Of a stretch of DNA of 64,000 nucleotides, positions 38,644 through 48,121 are shown piece after piece. The stretch is from assembly GCA_964415365.1 (NCBI GenBank), contig CAYPYW010000004.1, positions 23,658 to 87,657 of the forward strand. Reading direction: 5' to 3'. This DNA is from an uncultured Actinomycetota bacterium (GTDB taxonomy: Bacteria; Actinomycetota; Humimicrobiia; Humimicrobiales; Humimicrobiaceae). Made by a program: the position numbers and the translations under genes. The notes beneath the pieces were generated by a model. That model was not told the origin of the DNA. It saw only the letters and a program-made list of their open reading frames with translations, and did not search any database. Each line of letters starts with the position of its first letter. Position 1 is the stretch's first letter.

Positions 38644-39759
38644 ATGAGAGTTATTACCGCTAAAACCAAACTTAGACATTATCCCATATATGTAAGCCCA
38701 GAGTTTACCGAATATTTTCCGTCACTGATTAGGAAGAATTTTAAGAATTCTGAAAAAATGATACTGGTGACGAACAATAAAGTATTTGGCATATATGAGA
38801 GCAAAATAAAAAATACCCTGGAAAAATGTCACTTGCCCTATGAAATAATAATTATTCAGGATGGTGAAGAATATAAAAGCTTGAAAAGCGCTGATCACAT
38901 ATTTAGTAAATTGGTTGATTTCAATGTGCATAGAAATGATATTATGATTGCATTTGGCGGCGGCGTGATAGGTGATCTGGCAGGATTTACAGCTTCGATT
39001 TTTCACAGAGGGATGAAGCTTATACACTGTCCAACGACTATTGTTGGCCAGGTTGACAGCAGCATGGGTGGGAAGGTTGCTATCAATTATAACGAAATAA
39101 AAAATGTGATCGGAAGTTTCTATCAACCTTATATGATAGTTATTGATCCAACCTTTAATTATACCCTGGAAGAAAAGCAAATCATTAACGGCCTAAGTGA
39201 GATTGTGAAATATGGACTGGTTTTTAACAAAAAAATATTAGATAAAATGTCGGAAAACGTGGAAGAAAAAAAAGACGATAGATTGTTCAGATTAATTAAA
39301 ACAGAAGTTTTTAAAGACATCATTTACAGTTGTTGTTGTATAAAAGAAAGAGTAGTTGAGAAAGATGAATTTGACGAGGGCTATAGAAACGTACTTAATT
39401 TTGGACATACCATAGGGCATTGTATAGAGAATGCGTTTAAATTAAGAGAAATTAACCACGGAGAAGCTATCAGCATTGGCATGGTAATTGCAATTGACAT
39501 TTCAATTTCAATGGGCCTGGTAAAAAAGGAAGTAAAAGATGAGGTTCTGGAGCTGTATAAAAAGTTGAAATTGCCTTACAGAATGCCAAAAACAGATGTA
39601 GAGAAAGTTATTGGTGCATTGAAGTATGATAAAAAGTTTAAGACAGCACAAAATAAGTTTGTACTGCTTAAGGGAATAAACAAGCCCATTTTCTTCTATA
39701 ATATAGAGGAAAGTGTAATCGTTGATAGTATTAAAAAAAGTATGTATAATTATATATAG
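38644..39759 (+). CDS. aroB: 3-dehydroquinate synthase
   Basis: DGEEYKS, GGGVIGDLAGF, PTT..QVDSSMGGKVAIN, LNFGHTIGH, HGEAISIGM, DKK. Confidence 0.96.
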   Translation: MRVITAKTKLRHYPIYVSPEFTEYFPSLIRKNFKNSEKMILVTNNKVFGIYESKIKNTLEKCHLPYEIIIIQDGEEYKSLKSADHIFSKLVDFNVHRNDIMIAFGGGVIGDLAGFTASIFHRGMKLIHCPTTIVGQVDSSMGGKVAINYNEIKNVIGSFYQPYMIVIDPTFNYTLEEKQIINGLSEIVKYGLVFNKKILDKMSENVEEKKDDRLFRLIKTEVFKDIIYSCCCIKERVVEKDEFDEGYRNVLNFGHTIGHCIENAFKLREINHGEAISIGMVIAIDISISMGLVKKEVKDEVLELYKKLKLPYRMPKTDVEKVIGALKYDKKFKTAQNKFVLLKGINKPIFFYNIEESVIVDSIKKSMYNYI

Positions 39760-39834
39760 ATATATATAAAAAAATATTAAATATATTATTAATTATATAA
39801 CGATTTTATATAAGCATTCATAAGGTTAATTAAA

Positions 39835-40269
39835 ATGAAGAAGATAATTATAATTAATGGTCCTAATTTAAATCTATTAGGACAAAGAGAAGAAAAAATT
39901 TACGGTAATAGAAGTTTTGAGGATTTAAAGAAAGAACTGGATGAGTTATCAAAGGGTAAAGCAGAACTTATATACTTCCAATCCAACCATGAAGGTGAAA
40001 TTATTGATAAAATTCAACAGTGTATCGGAAGCATTGATTTTATGATAATTAATCCCGGGGCATTTACTCACTACAGTTATGGAATACATGATGCTATAGT
40101 AGCCAGCAAAATTCCAACTATTGAAGTGCATATCTCAAATATTTACAGCAGAGAATACTGGAGATCAAAGTCGGTAGTTTCACCGGCGGTTAAGGGAGTA
40201 ATAAGTGGTCTCGGAATAGAAGTGTATAAAATAGCTATTCTATATATCCTTGATTACTATATAGATTAA
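39835..40269 (+). CDS. aroQ: Type II 3-dehydroquinate dehydratase
   Basis: NGPNLNLLGQRE..IYG, QSNHEGEIID, INPGAFTHYS, EVHISN. Confidence 0.96.
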   Translation: MKKIIIINGPNLNLLGQREEKIYGNRSFEDLKKELDELSKGKAELIYFQSNHEGEIIDKIQQCIGSIDFMIINPGAFTHYSYGIHDAIVASKIPTIEVHISNIYSREYWRSKSVVSPAVKGVISGLGIEVYKIAILYILDYYID

Positions 40270-40280
40270 GGATTTTATGG

Positions 40281-41036
40281 ATGGAAAAGAGATATTTTTA
40301 CTTTTTAAAGAATAAAAATATAAAAAGATTTAATGTCAAAAGTCAGAAAGGTATGACTTTAGTTGAAGTAGTGATTGCTTTTCTGGTACTTGTAATTGTA
40401 TCTTTGATAATGGTCCAGGGAGTCATGATAGCTACAAGAGCAGCTGAGATAAATAAATCCAGAACCGAAGCAGCAGCCATAGCTAATAATGAAATAGAAG
40501 AAATAAGACTGAGGAGTTATAGTGAAATCGGAATTGAAGGGGCCTCTGCAGGGGAACCGGCAGGGAATATAGAAGCTGAATCAGTGATAAATGGGTATAC
40601 CGTAAGGAGAAGTATTACCTGGGTTGAGGGAGAATATAGCTATAAACAAGTCGAGGTAAGTGCAATAAATGACAAGATGAATGAAGAAGTAACAGTAGTT
40701 ACTCAAGTCTATCCTTCTTTTGGTGAAGGTGGGCCACCGAGTCTCCCTTACCCGCCGCCTGCAAATTTAATTATAGAATATGATTTTACTATAATTATTT
40801 TAAGATCGATTGGTTTGAATTGGGAAAGACCAGACACCGAAACTCCCATCAGTACGTATAAAATTTACAGAAAAAAAGGGAGTGGTTCATACGGGTATCG
40901 TGGATCAAGTAATATAACAAGATATGTAGATACCTTCCTTGAGTTTGGAGTTGGTAAGTATACTTATTACGTGACTGCTGTATATACTGATGGCACTGAA
41001 AGTGAGCCAAGTAATGAAGCTGCTACTACGAGATAA
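40281..41036 (+). CDS. PilV-like minor pilin with a C-terminal fibronectin type III-like domain
   Basis: KG|MTLVEVVIA class III signal with E5; C-terminal PPPANL..LNWE.P....YKIYRK....YYVTAVY.DG.ES.PSN. Confidence 0.72.
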   Translation: MEKRYFYFLKNKNIKRFNVKSQKGMTLVEVVIAFLVLVIVSLIMVQGVMIATRAAEINKSRTEAAAIANNEIEEIRLRSYSEIGIEGASAGEPAGNIEAESVINGYTVRRSITWVEGEYSYKQVEVSAINDKMNEEVTVVTQVYPSFGEGGPPSLPYPPPANLIIEYDFTIIILRSIGLNWERPDTETPISTYKIYRKKGSGSYGYRGSSNITRYVDTFLEFGVGKYTYYVTAVYTDGTESEPSNEAATTR

Positions 41037-41592
41037 ATTTAAAAATAATTCAGGGTTAACTTTAGTTGAATTATTATTGTCAACTTTACTTATTACAGTA
41101 ATAGTTGGCCTTGTGACTATGTCTTATTTCAACTCAACCAAAGCCACGGAGACTACTATTACTGTTGCTACTTCAGTAAAGGATGCCAGAACAGCGATGT
41201 ACAGAGTAACCAGAGATATAAGAGAAATAAGAAAAGCATTGGGTATTGAAGAAGCAGACACAGATGAAGTTACGTTTTATAGTAATGTTGACTCTGATGA
41301 TGAGTTTGAAAAAGTACACTATTATCTGGAAGATGATGGGGGATTTTTTAATTTATTAAGACAAATAGACGATGGTGACAGTAAAGTTGTAGTCACGCAT
41401 CTGATAAGTGACGGAATCTTTTCATATAAAACAGCTTTTGGTGAAGATAGTCTGTCCACACCCGTAAGTACATCCGAACTAGAGAATATAAGAAGTATAG
41501 GTATTAATTTAATTATCGACCAGGAAAGTACAACAGAAGGTAATAGAACAATGAATTTAGAAACATCTGTTACTTTAAGGAATAGAGTTTAA
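41014..41592 (+). CDS. PilW/PilJ-like minor pilin
   Basis: MKLLLRDKFKNNSG|LTLVELLL with E5 (ATG 41014 preferred over the track's 40990); RDIRE helix; ends LETSVTLRN. Confidence 0.72.
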   Translation: MKLLLRDKFKNNSGLTLVELLLSTLLITVIVGLVTMSYFNSTKATETTITVATSVKDARTAMYRVTRDIREIRKALGIEEADTDEVTFYSNVDSDDEFEKVHYYLEDDGGFFNLLRQIDDGDSKVVVTHLISDGIFSYKTAFGEDSLSTPVSTSELENIRSIGINLIIDQESTTEGNRTMNLETSVTLRNRV

Positions 41593-41594
41593 AA

Positions 41595-43238
41595 ATGAAG
41601 AATAAGAAAAATAGAAAAAACACCAGAATTAAGAGCATGTGTGGAAATGTTACCATAATGGTATTAATAATAGGACTTGTAATAATAGTGGCTATTACTG
41701 CTTTAACGAAGTTTATGTTTGAGGATATTATTTTTGCAAAACTTGATGAAAGTAAGTTGAAAGCTCTAAATATCGCAGAGGCAGGGATATCCAATATGTT
41801 CTCAGAAATTGAAAAATTTCATAACGATGAAATATCAAGCCTGCCTTCTAATCCATATAGTGAAGATGTTTTAAACTCAGATAGTGAAATAATAGGAAGT
41901 TTTACTGTAGAGTATGAAGAAATTTATAACGACGATGGTAAACTCACTAATTATATAATAACTTCCGAAGGAACTGATGAATACAGCGGTCAAGCCAGAA
42001 AAATACAAGTAAATTTGGCAGTAAGCTTTTCGACCGAAGTTGATATCTTTGGTTATATTTATTCAAAGGGTGGCTTAGAGTTTTTTGACTTAATCAATGT
42101 ACCCTTCATAAATGGCCCTTTGTATGTAGGTGAGGATCTCGTTATAAGAGATCTTATTCAGCTTGGAGATGTTGTAGATAGCGATAAAATTTTAGTTGGC
42201 GGTAATATAGATCTGGAAGGCTATATAGATATAGGTGGACCAACAAGAATTAGATCACAGATGATTAATGTTGCCGGTGATATTGAAATGAGCGGTGCGC
42301 TGATTGGTTCAACACTTATAGAATCCAATTCTTCGGTAGTGACAATGGCATTAATAGTTATGGGTGACATAAGGATGAGCGGGAGTTCACGAATAGGAAG
42401 TTCCAGTAATCCTGTTGATTTATCCTGCCATGGATCAATTAGCACAGGAACAGGTTCTAATATATATTATAATTCACCTATAGGTGATGATATATTTGAT
42501 CCCCCAAAACTTAATGTTGGGGTTTATGTTAACAATTTTATAAGTCAGATACAGGAACCACCAAGTGATGTTCTCGTAATTGATGAAGATGATATGACTG
42601 ATGGTGTATTTGTTATAGATCCGGAGCTTATACCGGTTGAGCCGCCACCTAATGATGTATTCCTGAGAGCAAATGGAGATAATTATATAAGTTTCGAGCA
42701 AGGAGATGATGGAAGTTACTATCTGGAGGTTGAAGGAAATGTTCTGATAAATGGTGATATTAGAATTGGTGAAGAAATAGAAGATAGTAATCTTGATTCT
42801 CCGGACAACGATATTTATTATTCAGGTAAAGGAAAGTTAATTGCCACTGGAAATATTGATGCTTCCTGTGGACTGGTTCCCGATTCTGTCAGTGATTTCC
42901 CCACAAATAGTCTGCTTATTCTGATGCCCTTAGGAGATTTAGATATATCTGTAGATGATTACAACCATTATTTAGCGGATTATGAAGATCCCGATGTGTA
43001 TATTCTTGGTATAGCAGGAGGATCAGCAATACTGAGCAGCCATAATGCCGTTCTTGGTTCTTTAATATGCAATCAGATTAATGCCACAGATGAAGGTGGC
43101 TTTTTAGGTTATCTCCTCGGAAGCTTTGCAACTATAGGTTATCAGGAAAATCTGGGTGATAGTATTCCCGAGGATCTGCCAAAATTGGTATATGGAGGAG
43201 TAACCTTTTCAAAGCAGTGGGAAGAAGTTATTGACTAA
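41595..43238 (+). CDS. PilX/GspK-like large minor pilin (putative tip component)
   Basis: Basic leader ending in G, hydrophobic helix without E5, A..IAEAG motif, long acidic Gly/Asp/Ile-rich beta-repeat body. Confidence 0.65.
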   Translation: MKNKKNRKNTRIKSMCGNVTIMVLIIGLVIIVAITALTKFMFEDIIFAKLDESKLKALNIAEAGISNMFSEIEKFHNDEISSLPSNPYSEDVLNSDSEIIGSFTVEYEEIYNDDGKLTNYIITSEGTDEYSGQARKIQVNLAVSFSTEVDIFGYIYSKGGLEFFDLINVPFINGPLYVGEDLVIRDLIQLGDVVDSDKILVGGNIDLEGYIDIGGPTRIRSQMINVAGDIEMSGALIGSTLIESNSSVVTMALIVMGDIRMSGSSRIGSSSNPVDLSCHGSISTGTGSNIYYNSPIGDDIFDPPKLNVGVYVNNFISQIQEPPSDVLVIDEDDMTDGVFVIDPELIPVEPPPNDVFLRANGDNYISFEQGDDGSYYLEVEGNVLINGDIRIGEEIEDSNLDSPDNDIYYSGKGKLIATGNIDASCGLVPDSVSDFPTNSLLILMPLGDLDISVDDYNHYLADYEDPDVYILGIAGGSAILSSHNAVLGSLICNQINATDEGGFLGYLLGSFATIGYQENLGDSIPEDLPKLVYGGVTFSKQWEEVID

Positions 43239-43285
43239 AATTATTTTTGGGTATGTAAAAAATGTTAGAATATTTATAGGTAAAA

Positions 43286-44398
43286 GTGGTTGAGCTATTT
43301 GTCTCCAGAATTGAAAAGTTAAAGAGTTTCTTAAATATAAAAGAAATTCAGAGTTTTTTAATAACCGGTGATGAAAATATTTTTTATCTCACCGGTTTTT
43401 ATGGTAAAGATTCAGGCAGCGTGTTACTGATTGCGGATGGCCATCTGTATCTGCTGGTTCATTTTATCTACCTGGAACAGGCAAGAAAATCAATTCAAAA
43501 TAAAAATATAAGTATTGTTTGCTACCAGAGAAATAAATTCATAAATCTTGCAGAAATATTAAAAGGTTATAGTTTTAAATCGGTCAGTTTAGAGGGTAAG
43601 AATATAAGTTTTGCAGATTTCCGCAAACTGGAAAAGATTTTATCCAAACAGAATAAAAGACTTGTAAGTGTTGGTGGAGTCGTCGAGAAATTAAGAGCAG
43701 TCAAAGAGGAGACTGAAATTGCCAGTATTAAGAATGCATGCAAGATTACAGATAAAGTTTTTAAGAATATAATAAACTTTAGTGCTTCTAAAATAAATAA
43801 TTATGAGGAAATTGAACTCGCTTATAGAATAGAAGAGCTTCTGATAAAAAATAACTCAAGCGGAAAGTCATTTGACACGATTGTTGCTTATGATAAGAAC
43901 TCTTCTATGCCTCATTATTCTCCTCACAAAGTAAAGGTAAAAAACGGTTTGATACTTATGGACTTTGGATGTAAATTTGAGAATTACTGTTCGGATGTAA
44001 CCCGGACAATTTTTACGAAGAATAATAAAATTTGTAATGAATTTAAAAAAATTTATGATATAGTTTTAAAGGCACAACTTGCAGCAATTGAAAAGTGCAG
44101 GGAAGGTATAACCTGCAGCCAATTGGACAGAGTAGCAAGGAAACTTATAACATCAAGAGGTTATGGTGCAAATTTTGGGCATGGGCTGGGACATGGGGTT
44201 GGCCTTGAAGTTCATGAAAAGCCAGCAATAAACACAGGAAACAGAACAGTTTTGAGAGAAAATATGGTCATAACTATTGAACCGGCTATCTATATAGAAA
44301 ATCTTGGCGGTGTAAGAATAGAGGATATAGTTCTGGTAAGAAAGAGTAGTTGCGAAGTCCTTTATAGTTCAAGGAAAGATTTTTTCATAATGGATTGA
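43286..44398 (+). CDS. Xaa-Pro aminopeptidase (M24 family)
   Basis: MDFGC...YCSDVTRT, HGLGHGVGLEVHE, TIEP, GGVRIED; adjacent to efp. Confidence 0.92.
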   Translation: MVELFVSRIEKLKSFLNIKEIQSFLITGDENIFYLTGFYGKDSGSVLLIADGHLYLLVHFIYLEQARKSIQNKNISIVCYQRNKFINLAEILKGYSFKSVSLEGKNISFADFRKLEKILSKQNKRLVSVGGVVEKLRAVKEETEIASIKNACKITDKVFKNIINFSASKINNYEEIELAYRIEELLIKNNSSGKSFDTIVAYDKNSSMPHYSPHKVKVKNGLILMDFGCKFENYCSDVTRTIFTKNNKICNEFKKIYDIVLKAQLAAIEKCREGITCSQLDRVARKLITSRGYGANFGHGLGHGVGLEVHEKPAINTGNRTVLRENMVITIEPAIYIENLGGVRIEDIVLVRKSSCEVLYSSRKDFFIMD

Positions 44399-44430
44399 TC
44401 ATACGATTACAGAAAAAGGAGAATCAGTTA

Positions 44431-44991
44431 ATGATAAGCACCAGTGATTTCAAGAATGGAATGACTATAACATATGGTAACCAATTATATAGAATATTGT
44501 ATTTTCAGCATGTTAAGCCTGGCAAAGGCGGTGCTTTTGTAAGAACAAAATTAAAGGATTTAAGTACTGGAGCTATTATTGATAAGACTTTTCGTGCTGG
44601 TGAGAAAATGGAGCAGGCAATACTGGAAACAAGGAAAATGCAATACCTGTACAAAGATCAGTATTATAATTTTATGGATGTCAAAACCTATGAACAGATC
44701 CAACTAAGTGAAAATGTACTGGAAGATCAAAAAGATTATTTGATGGAAAATATGGAACTAACAGTTATATTTTATAAAGGAAAGCCGATTTCAATTGAGC
44801 TTCCTATCAATATAGAGGCCGAAATTACGAAAACAGAACCAGGAGTGAAGGGAGATACGGTGAGCTCGAGCTTCAAGCCTGCAGAGATAGAAACCGGAGC
44901 AAAAGTTATGGTTCCATTATTTATAAATGTAGGAGACGTCATAAGAATTGATACCAGAACCGGAGAGTATATAACCAGAGTAAGTGTTTAA
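44431..44991 (+). CDS. efp: Elongation factor P
   Basis: MISTSDFKNG (ATG 44431 after RBS AAGGAG), HVKPGKGGAFVR, PGVKGDT, VPLFI, DTRTGEY. Confidence 0.97.
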   Translation: MISTSDFKNGMTITYGNQLYRILYFQHVKPGKGGAFVRTKLKDLSTGAIIDKTFRAGEKMEQAILETRKMQYLYKDQYYNFMDVKTYEQIQLSENVLEDQKDYLMENMELTVIFYKGKPISIELPINIEAEITKTEPGVKGDTVSSSFKPAEIETGAKVMVPLFINVGDVIRIDTRTGEYITRVSV

Positions 44992-45014
44992 TCAACTTTA
45001 AATGTATTTAAATT

Positions 45015-45422
45015 ATGCCTAAAATTGCAAGGAGAAAAAGTAGAGAGAATGCAGTAATAATATTGTATCAAAGAGATTTACTGGAGAAAAAAGTAGATGA
45101 GATCGTAGAAAATAACTTACTGGCAGGTAAGAGATACGACGAGTTTACTTTAAAACTTGTAAAAGGCGTAGATAAACATAGAAAAAGAATTGACTGCATG
45201 ATTACAGATATTGTGGAGAACTGGACCCTGGATAGAATAGCAATAATTGATAGAAATATTTTAAGAGTAGCTATTTATGAAATGTTATATGAAGACGATA
45301 TACCTCTGAAAGTTTCCGTAGATGAGGCCATCGAGATCGCAAAAAGTTTAGGCCAAAAAGAAGATACTCCAAAGTTTGTAAATGGTGTTCTGGGCAAGAT
45401 TTTAAATAATATAAACTGTTAA
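45015..45422 (+). CDS. nusB: Transcription antitermination factor NusB
   Basis: RRKSRE, NWTLDRIAIIDRNILR, DEAIEIAK, FVNGVLG. Confidence 0.95.
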   Translation: MPKIARRKSRENAVIILYQRDLLEKKVDEIVENNLLAGKRYDEFTLKLVKGVDKHRKRIDCMITDIVENWTLDRIAIIDRNILRVAIYEMLYEDDIPLKVSVDEAIEIAKSLGQKEDTPKFVNGVLGKILNNINC

Positions 45423-45452
45423 TACTGCCATTTATGATATGGATTTATTAAT

Positions 45453-46361
45453 ATGTCTGACTCAAAAGTATACAATTTAAATGTAAATGAGCTTTATCCT
45501 GAATTCCTAATAAAAGAAATAAACGATAGTTTAAGATATTATGTCAAGAAATATAAGGGTAGCCCTGATATTTTAGAGAAGGCAATCAAATATAGTATAG
45601 AAAATGGTGGAAAGAGATTCAGGCCAATACTATGCTTGCTGACTGCAAAGAGCCTGGGGAAAAATTACAGAACGGTACTTCCTACTGCGTGTGCAATTGA
45701 ATTTATCCATACCTATTCTTTAATACATGATGACCTACCTTCTATGGATAATGATGATCTCAGAAGGGGCAAACCTACGTGCCATAAGAAGTTTGGTGAA
45801 GATATAGCAATACTTACCGGTGATGCTTTATTTGCTGAGGCCTTTAATTTGATAATCAAATATCAAAAAGCAGACGCCAGAATAAAAAATAAGATTTTGG
45901 AAGAGATTGTTGACGCCTCAGGTGCTATGGGTATGGTTGCAGGACAGATAATAGACGTTTATTTTAGCGGTAAGAAGATCGGTGATGAAAAATTGGAATA
46001 TATGCATCGAAATAAGACAGGAAAATTGATAACTGCTTCCGTTAGATGTGCAGCAATTCTGTGTAAAGCCGGTAGTGATTATCTTAAAAAGTTTACTGAA
46101 TATTCCGAAAATTTAGGTCTTGCTTTCCAGATAACGGATGATATTTTAGATGTAACATCTAATAATTATACAGCAGGGAAGACGACAGGAAAGGATGCGA
46201 TGCAGAAAAAAAATACTTATCCGGGTAGATGGGGAGTTTCAAAATCTAAAAAAATTGCCAGTGAAAAAATTAATGAAGCTATTACTGTAATTAAAAGCAT
46301 GGATATAGACTATGAATGGCTGGTTAATATAGCTAATTTTTTATTAATAAGAAAGGCATAG
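45453..46361 (+). CDS. ispA: Polyprenyl diphosphate synthase (IspA/GGPPS)
   Basis: GGKRFRP, FARM YSLIHDDLPSMD.DDLRRGKPT, GQ, KTG, SARM FQITDDILD, GK.TY. Confidence 0.92.
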   Translation: MSDSKVYNLNVNELYPEFLIKEINDSLRYYVKKYKGSPDILEKAIKYSIENGGKRFRPILCLLTAKSLGKNYRTVLPTACAIEFIHTYSLIHDDLPSMDNDDLRRGKPTCHKKFGEDIAILTGDALFAEAFNLIIKYQKADARIKNKILEEIVDASGAMGMVAGQIIDVYFSGKKIGDEKLEYMHRNKTGKLITASVRCAAILCKAGSDYLKKFTEYSENLGLAFQITDDILDVTSNNYTAGKTTGKDAMQKKNTYPGRWGVSKSKKIASEKINEAITVIKSMDIDYEWLVNIANFLLIRKA

Positions 46362-47209
46362 CAAGTATTAAAAATATAAAGAGGGATAGTAAAAAGAAGA
46401 AAATATCGACCTTACTTTTAGAAAGAGAATTAGCTTCTACCAAAAAGGGTGCTCAGGCGCTAGTACTGGAGGGCAGAGTTAAGGTTAAGGGAAGAGTAAT
46501 CGAAAAACCCGGCATACTTGTAGATCCAGATTCAGAGATAGAAATAGTTCCAGAAAATTTTTATGTTTCAAGAGGTGGTTTGAAATTAGAAGGAGTATTC
46601 AATGAATTAAAACTCAGTGCTGCTGGCAAAAGAGCTATAGATATAGGATCCTCGACAGGAGGGTTTACTGATTTTCTACTGAAAAATGGAGCAGAGAAAA
46701 TAATTGATATTGATGTTGGATATGGACAGCTATCCTGGAAAATAAGGAACTTGCCACAGGTGATTGTTTTTGAAAGGACAAATATCAGGCATCTTGACAT
46801 TAGCAGACTTCCGTTCATTTCAAATCTTACAGTTGTAGATGTTTCTTTTATTTCCATAAGGAAAATTTTCAGTAAGATCTTGGAACTTACAGATATAGAC
46901 GGCGAAATATTGCTGCTGGTAAAGCCGCAATTTGAATTAAAAAAAGATGAAGTTGAAAATAAAGGCATAATCAGGAGTAAAAAATTGCATCATAAGGTAC
47001 TAGTGGAAATAGCCGAATTTATTATAAAATTTCCAGTTGAGATAAAAAGTTTTACTTTTTCAAAAATAAAAGGTTCGAAGGGTAATATTGAATTCTGGAT
47101 TTTTTTAATAAAATCACTTAAAGAAGCTAAATCTATTTTAAATTATGATAAAATAATTGAAGATGTAGTTGATAGAGCACATTTTTATTTTAATCAGTCT
47201 AAGGAATAA
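46358..47209 (+). CDS. tlyA: TlyA-family rRNA 2'-O-methyltransferase (S4 + FtsJ domains); start uncertain, probably non-canonical ATA/ATT
   Basis: The frame of the track ORF 46580..47209 is open upstream to a stop at 46334-36 and encodes an S4-like segment (LLLERELA...AQALVLEGRVKV..EKPG) and YVSRGGLKL; then DIGSSTGGFTD, DVGYGQL, DVSFIS, VKPQFE, GNIEF. Confidence 0.88.
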   Translation: MASIKNIKRDSKKKKISTLLLERELASTKKGAQALVLEGRVKVKGRVIEKPGILVDPDSEIEIVPENFYVSRGGLKLEGVFNELKLSAAGKRAIDIGSSTGGFTDFLLKNGAEKIIDIDVGYGQLSWKIRNLPQVIVFERTNIRHLDISRLPFISNLTVVDVSFISIRKIFSKILELTDIDGEILLLVKPQFELKKDEVENKGIIRSKKLHHKVLVEIAEFIIKFPVEIKSFTFSKIKGSKGNIEFWIFLIKSLKEAKSILNYDKIIEDVVDRAHFYFNQSKE

Positions 47210-47212
47210 GAA

Positions 47213-48088
47213 ATGAAAAATATTGGCATAGTTTCAAATAACGAGAAGCAGGAAGCGATAGAAATTGCACGGGAGATATATGACTATTTAATTAAAAAAG
47301 GCAGTAATGTCAATGTGCTTCTGGTGGAAACAGATAAGATGCCTAGAAACTACCACCTTCCCTCAGTTTCTGAAGAAGAATTCAGTAAAAGAAATGATGT
47401 AATAATAGCAGTAGGAGGAGATGGGACATTTCTGAGGGCTTCAAAATATTCTTTCAAGAAAGAAATCCCTGTACTGGGAATTAATGTGGGAAATCTGGGA
47501 TTTTTAACCGTTGTGGATACCTGTAATATGTATAACGCTATAGATAGAGTACTGAAAGACATGTACAAAGTGGAAAAAAGAATGTTACTGGAGGGCAGAT
47601 TTTTTAAAGGCAAAGAAGCAATAGAAAATAAGGCCCTTCCTTATCTGGCTTTGAATGAGTTTGCAATAACAAGGTCTATGCTTGGAAAAATAATAAGATT
47701 TGAAATTGTAGTAAACGGAATATCGATAAAGAACTTTGCTGCTGATGGAGTAATAATTTCTACACCAACAGGTTCTACAGCATATTCCCTCTCAGCCGGA
47801 GGACCGATTGTGGAACCAAGAAGTGAAGTTATAATTATAACCCCTATATGCCCGCATACATTGCTCAGTAGAAGCATAATTCTAAACCCAGACAATAAAT
47901 TGGAAATAATGATTAATTCGAGAAATGAAAAAGACAGTATGAGTGTTGACGGTAAAACAGTGCCAGTCAGCATTGAGTCGGGTTATACATTCAAGGTGAA
48001 AAAATCAAAACTAAAATTGAAGCTTATAACTTTTAATAAGGATATTTTTTTCAAAGTATTTAAAGAAAAATTTATTGAAAGAATCTAA
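47213..48088 (+). CDS. nadK: NAD kinase
   Basis: GGDGT, GINVGNLGFL, LNE, DGVIISTPTGSTAYSLSAGGP, PICPH. Confidence 0.96.
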   Translation: MKNIGIVSNNEKQEAIEIAREIYDYLIKKGSNVNVLLVETDKMPRNYHLPSVSEEEFSKRNDVIIAVGGDGTFLRASKYSFKKEIPVLGINVGNLGFLTVVDTCNMYNAIDRVLKDMYKVEKRMLLEGRFFKGKEAIENKALPYLALNEFAITRSMLGKIIRFEIVVNGISIKNFAADGVIISTPTGSTAYSLSAGGPIVEPRSEVIIITPICPHTLLSRSIILNPDNKLEIMINSRNEKDSMSVDGKTVPVSIESGYTFKVKKSKLKLKLITFNKDIFFKVFKEKFIERI

Positions 48089-48121
48089 TTAAAAATAAGT
48101 TTGTGATTTTATTTCATAAGT

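Noticed and set aside
43233-43254. Second GGGTAT upstream of the M24 peptidase as another SigB-type promoter
   Set aside because: The best -35 match (GACTAA) is only 10 nt away, outside the 12-14 nt spacing.
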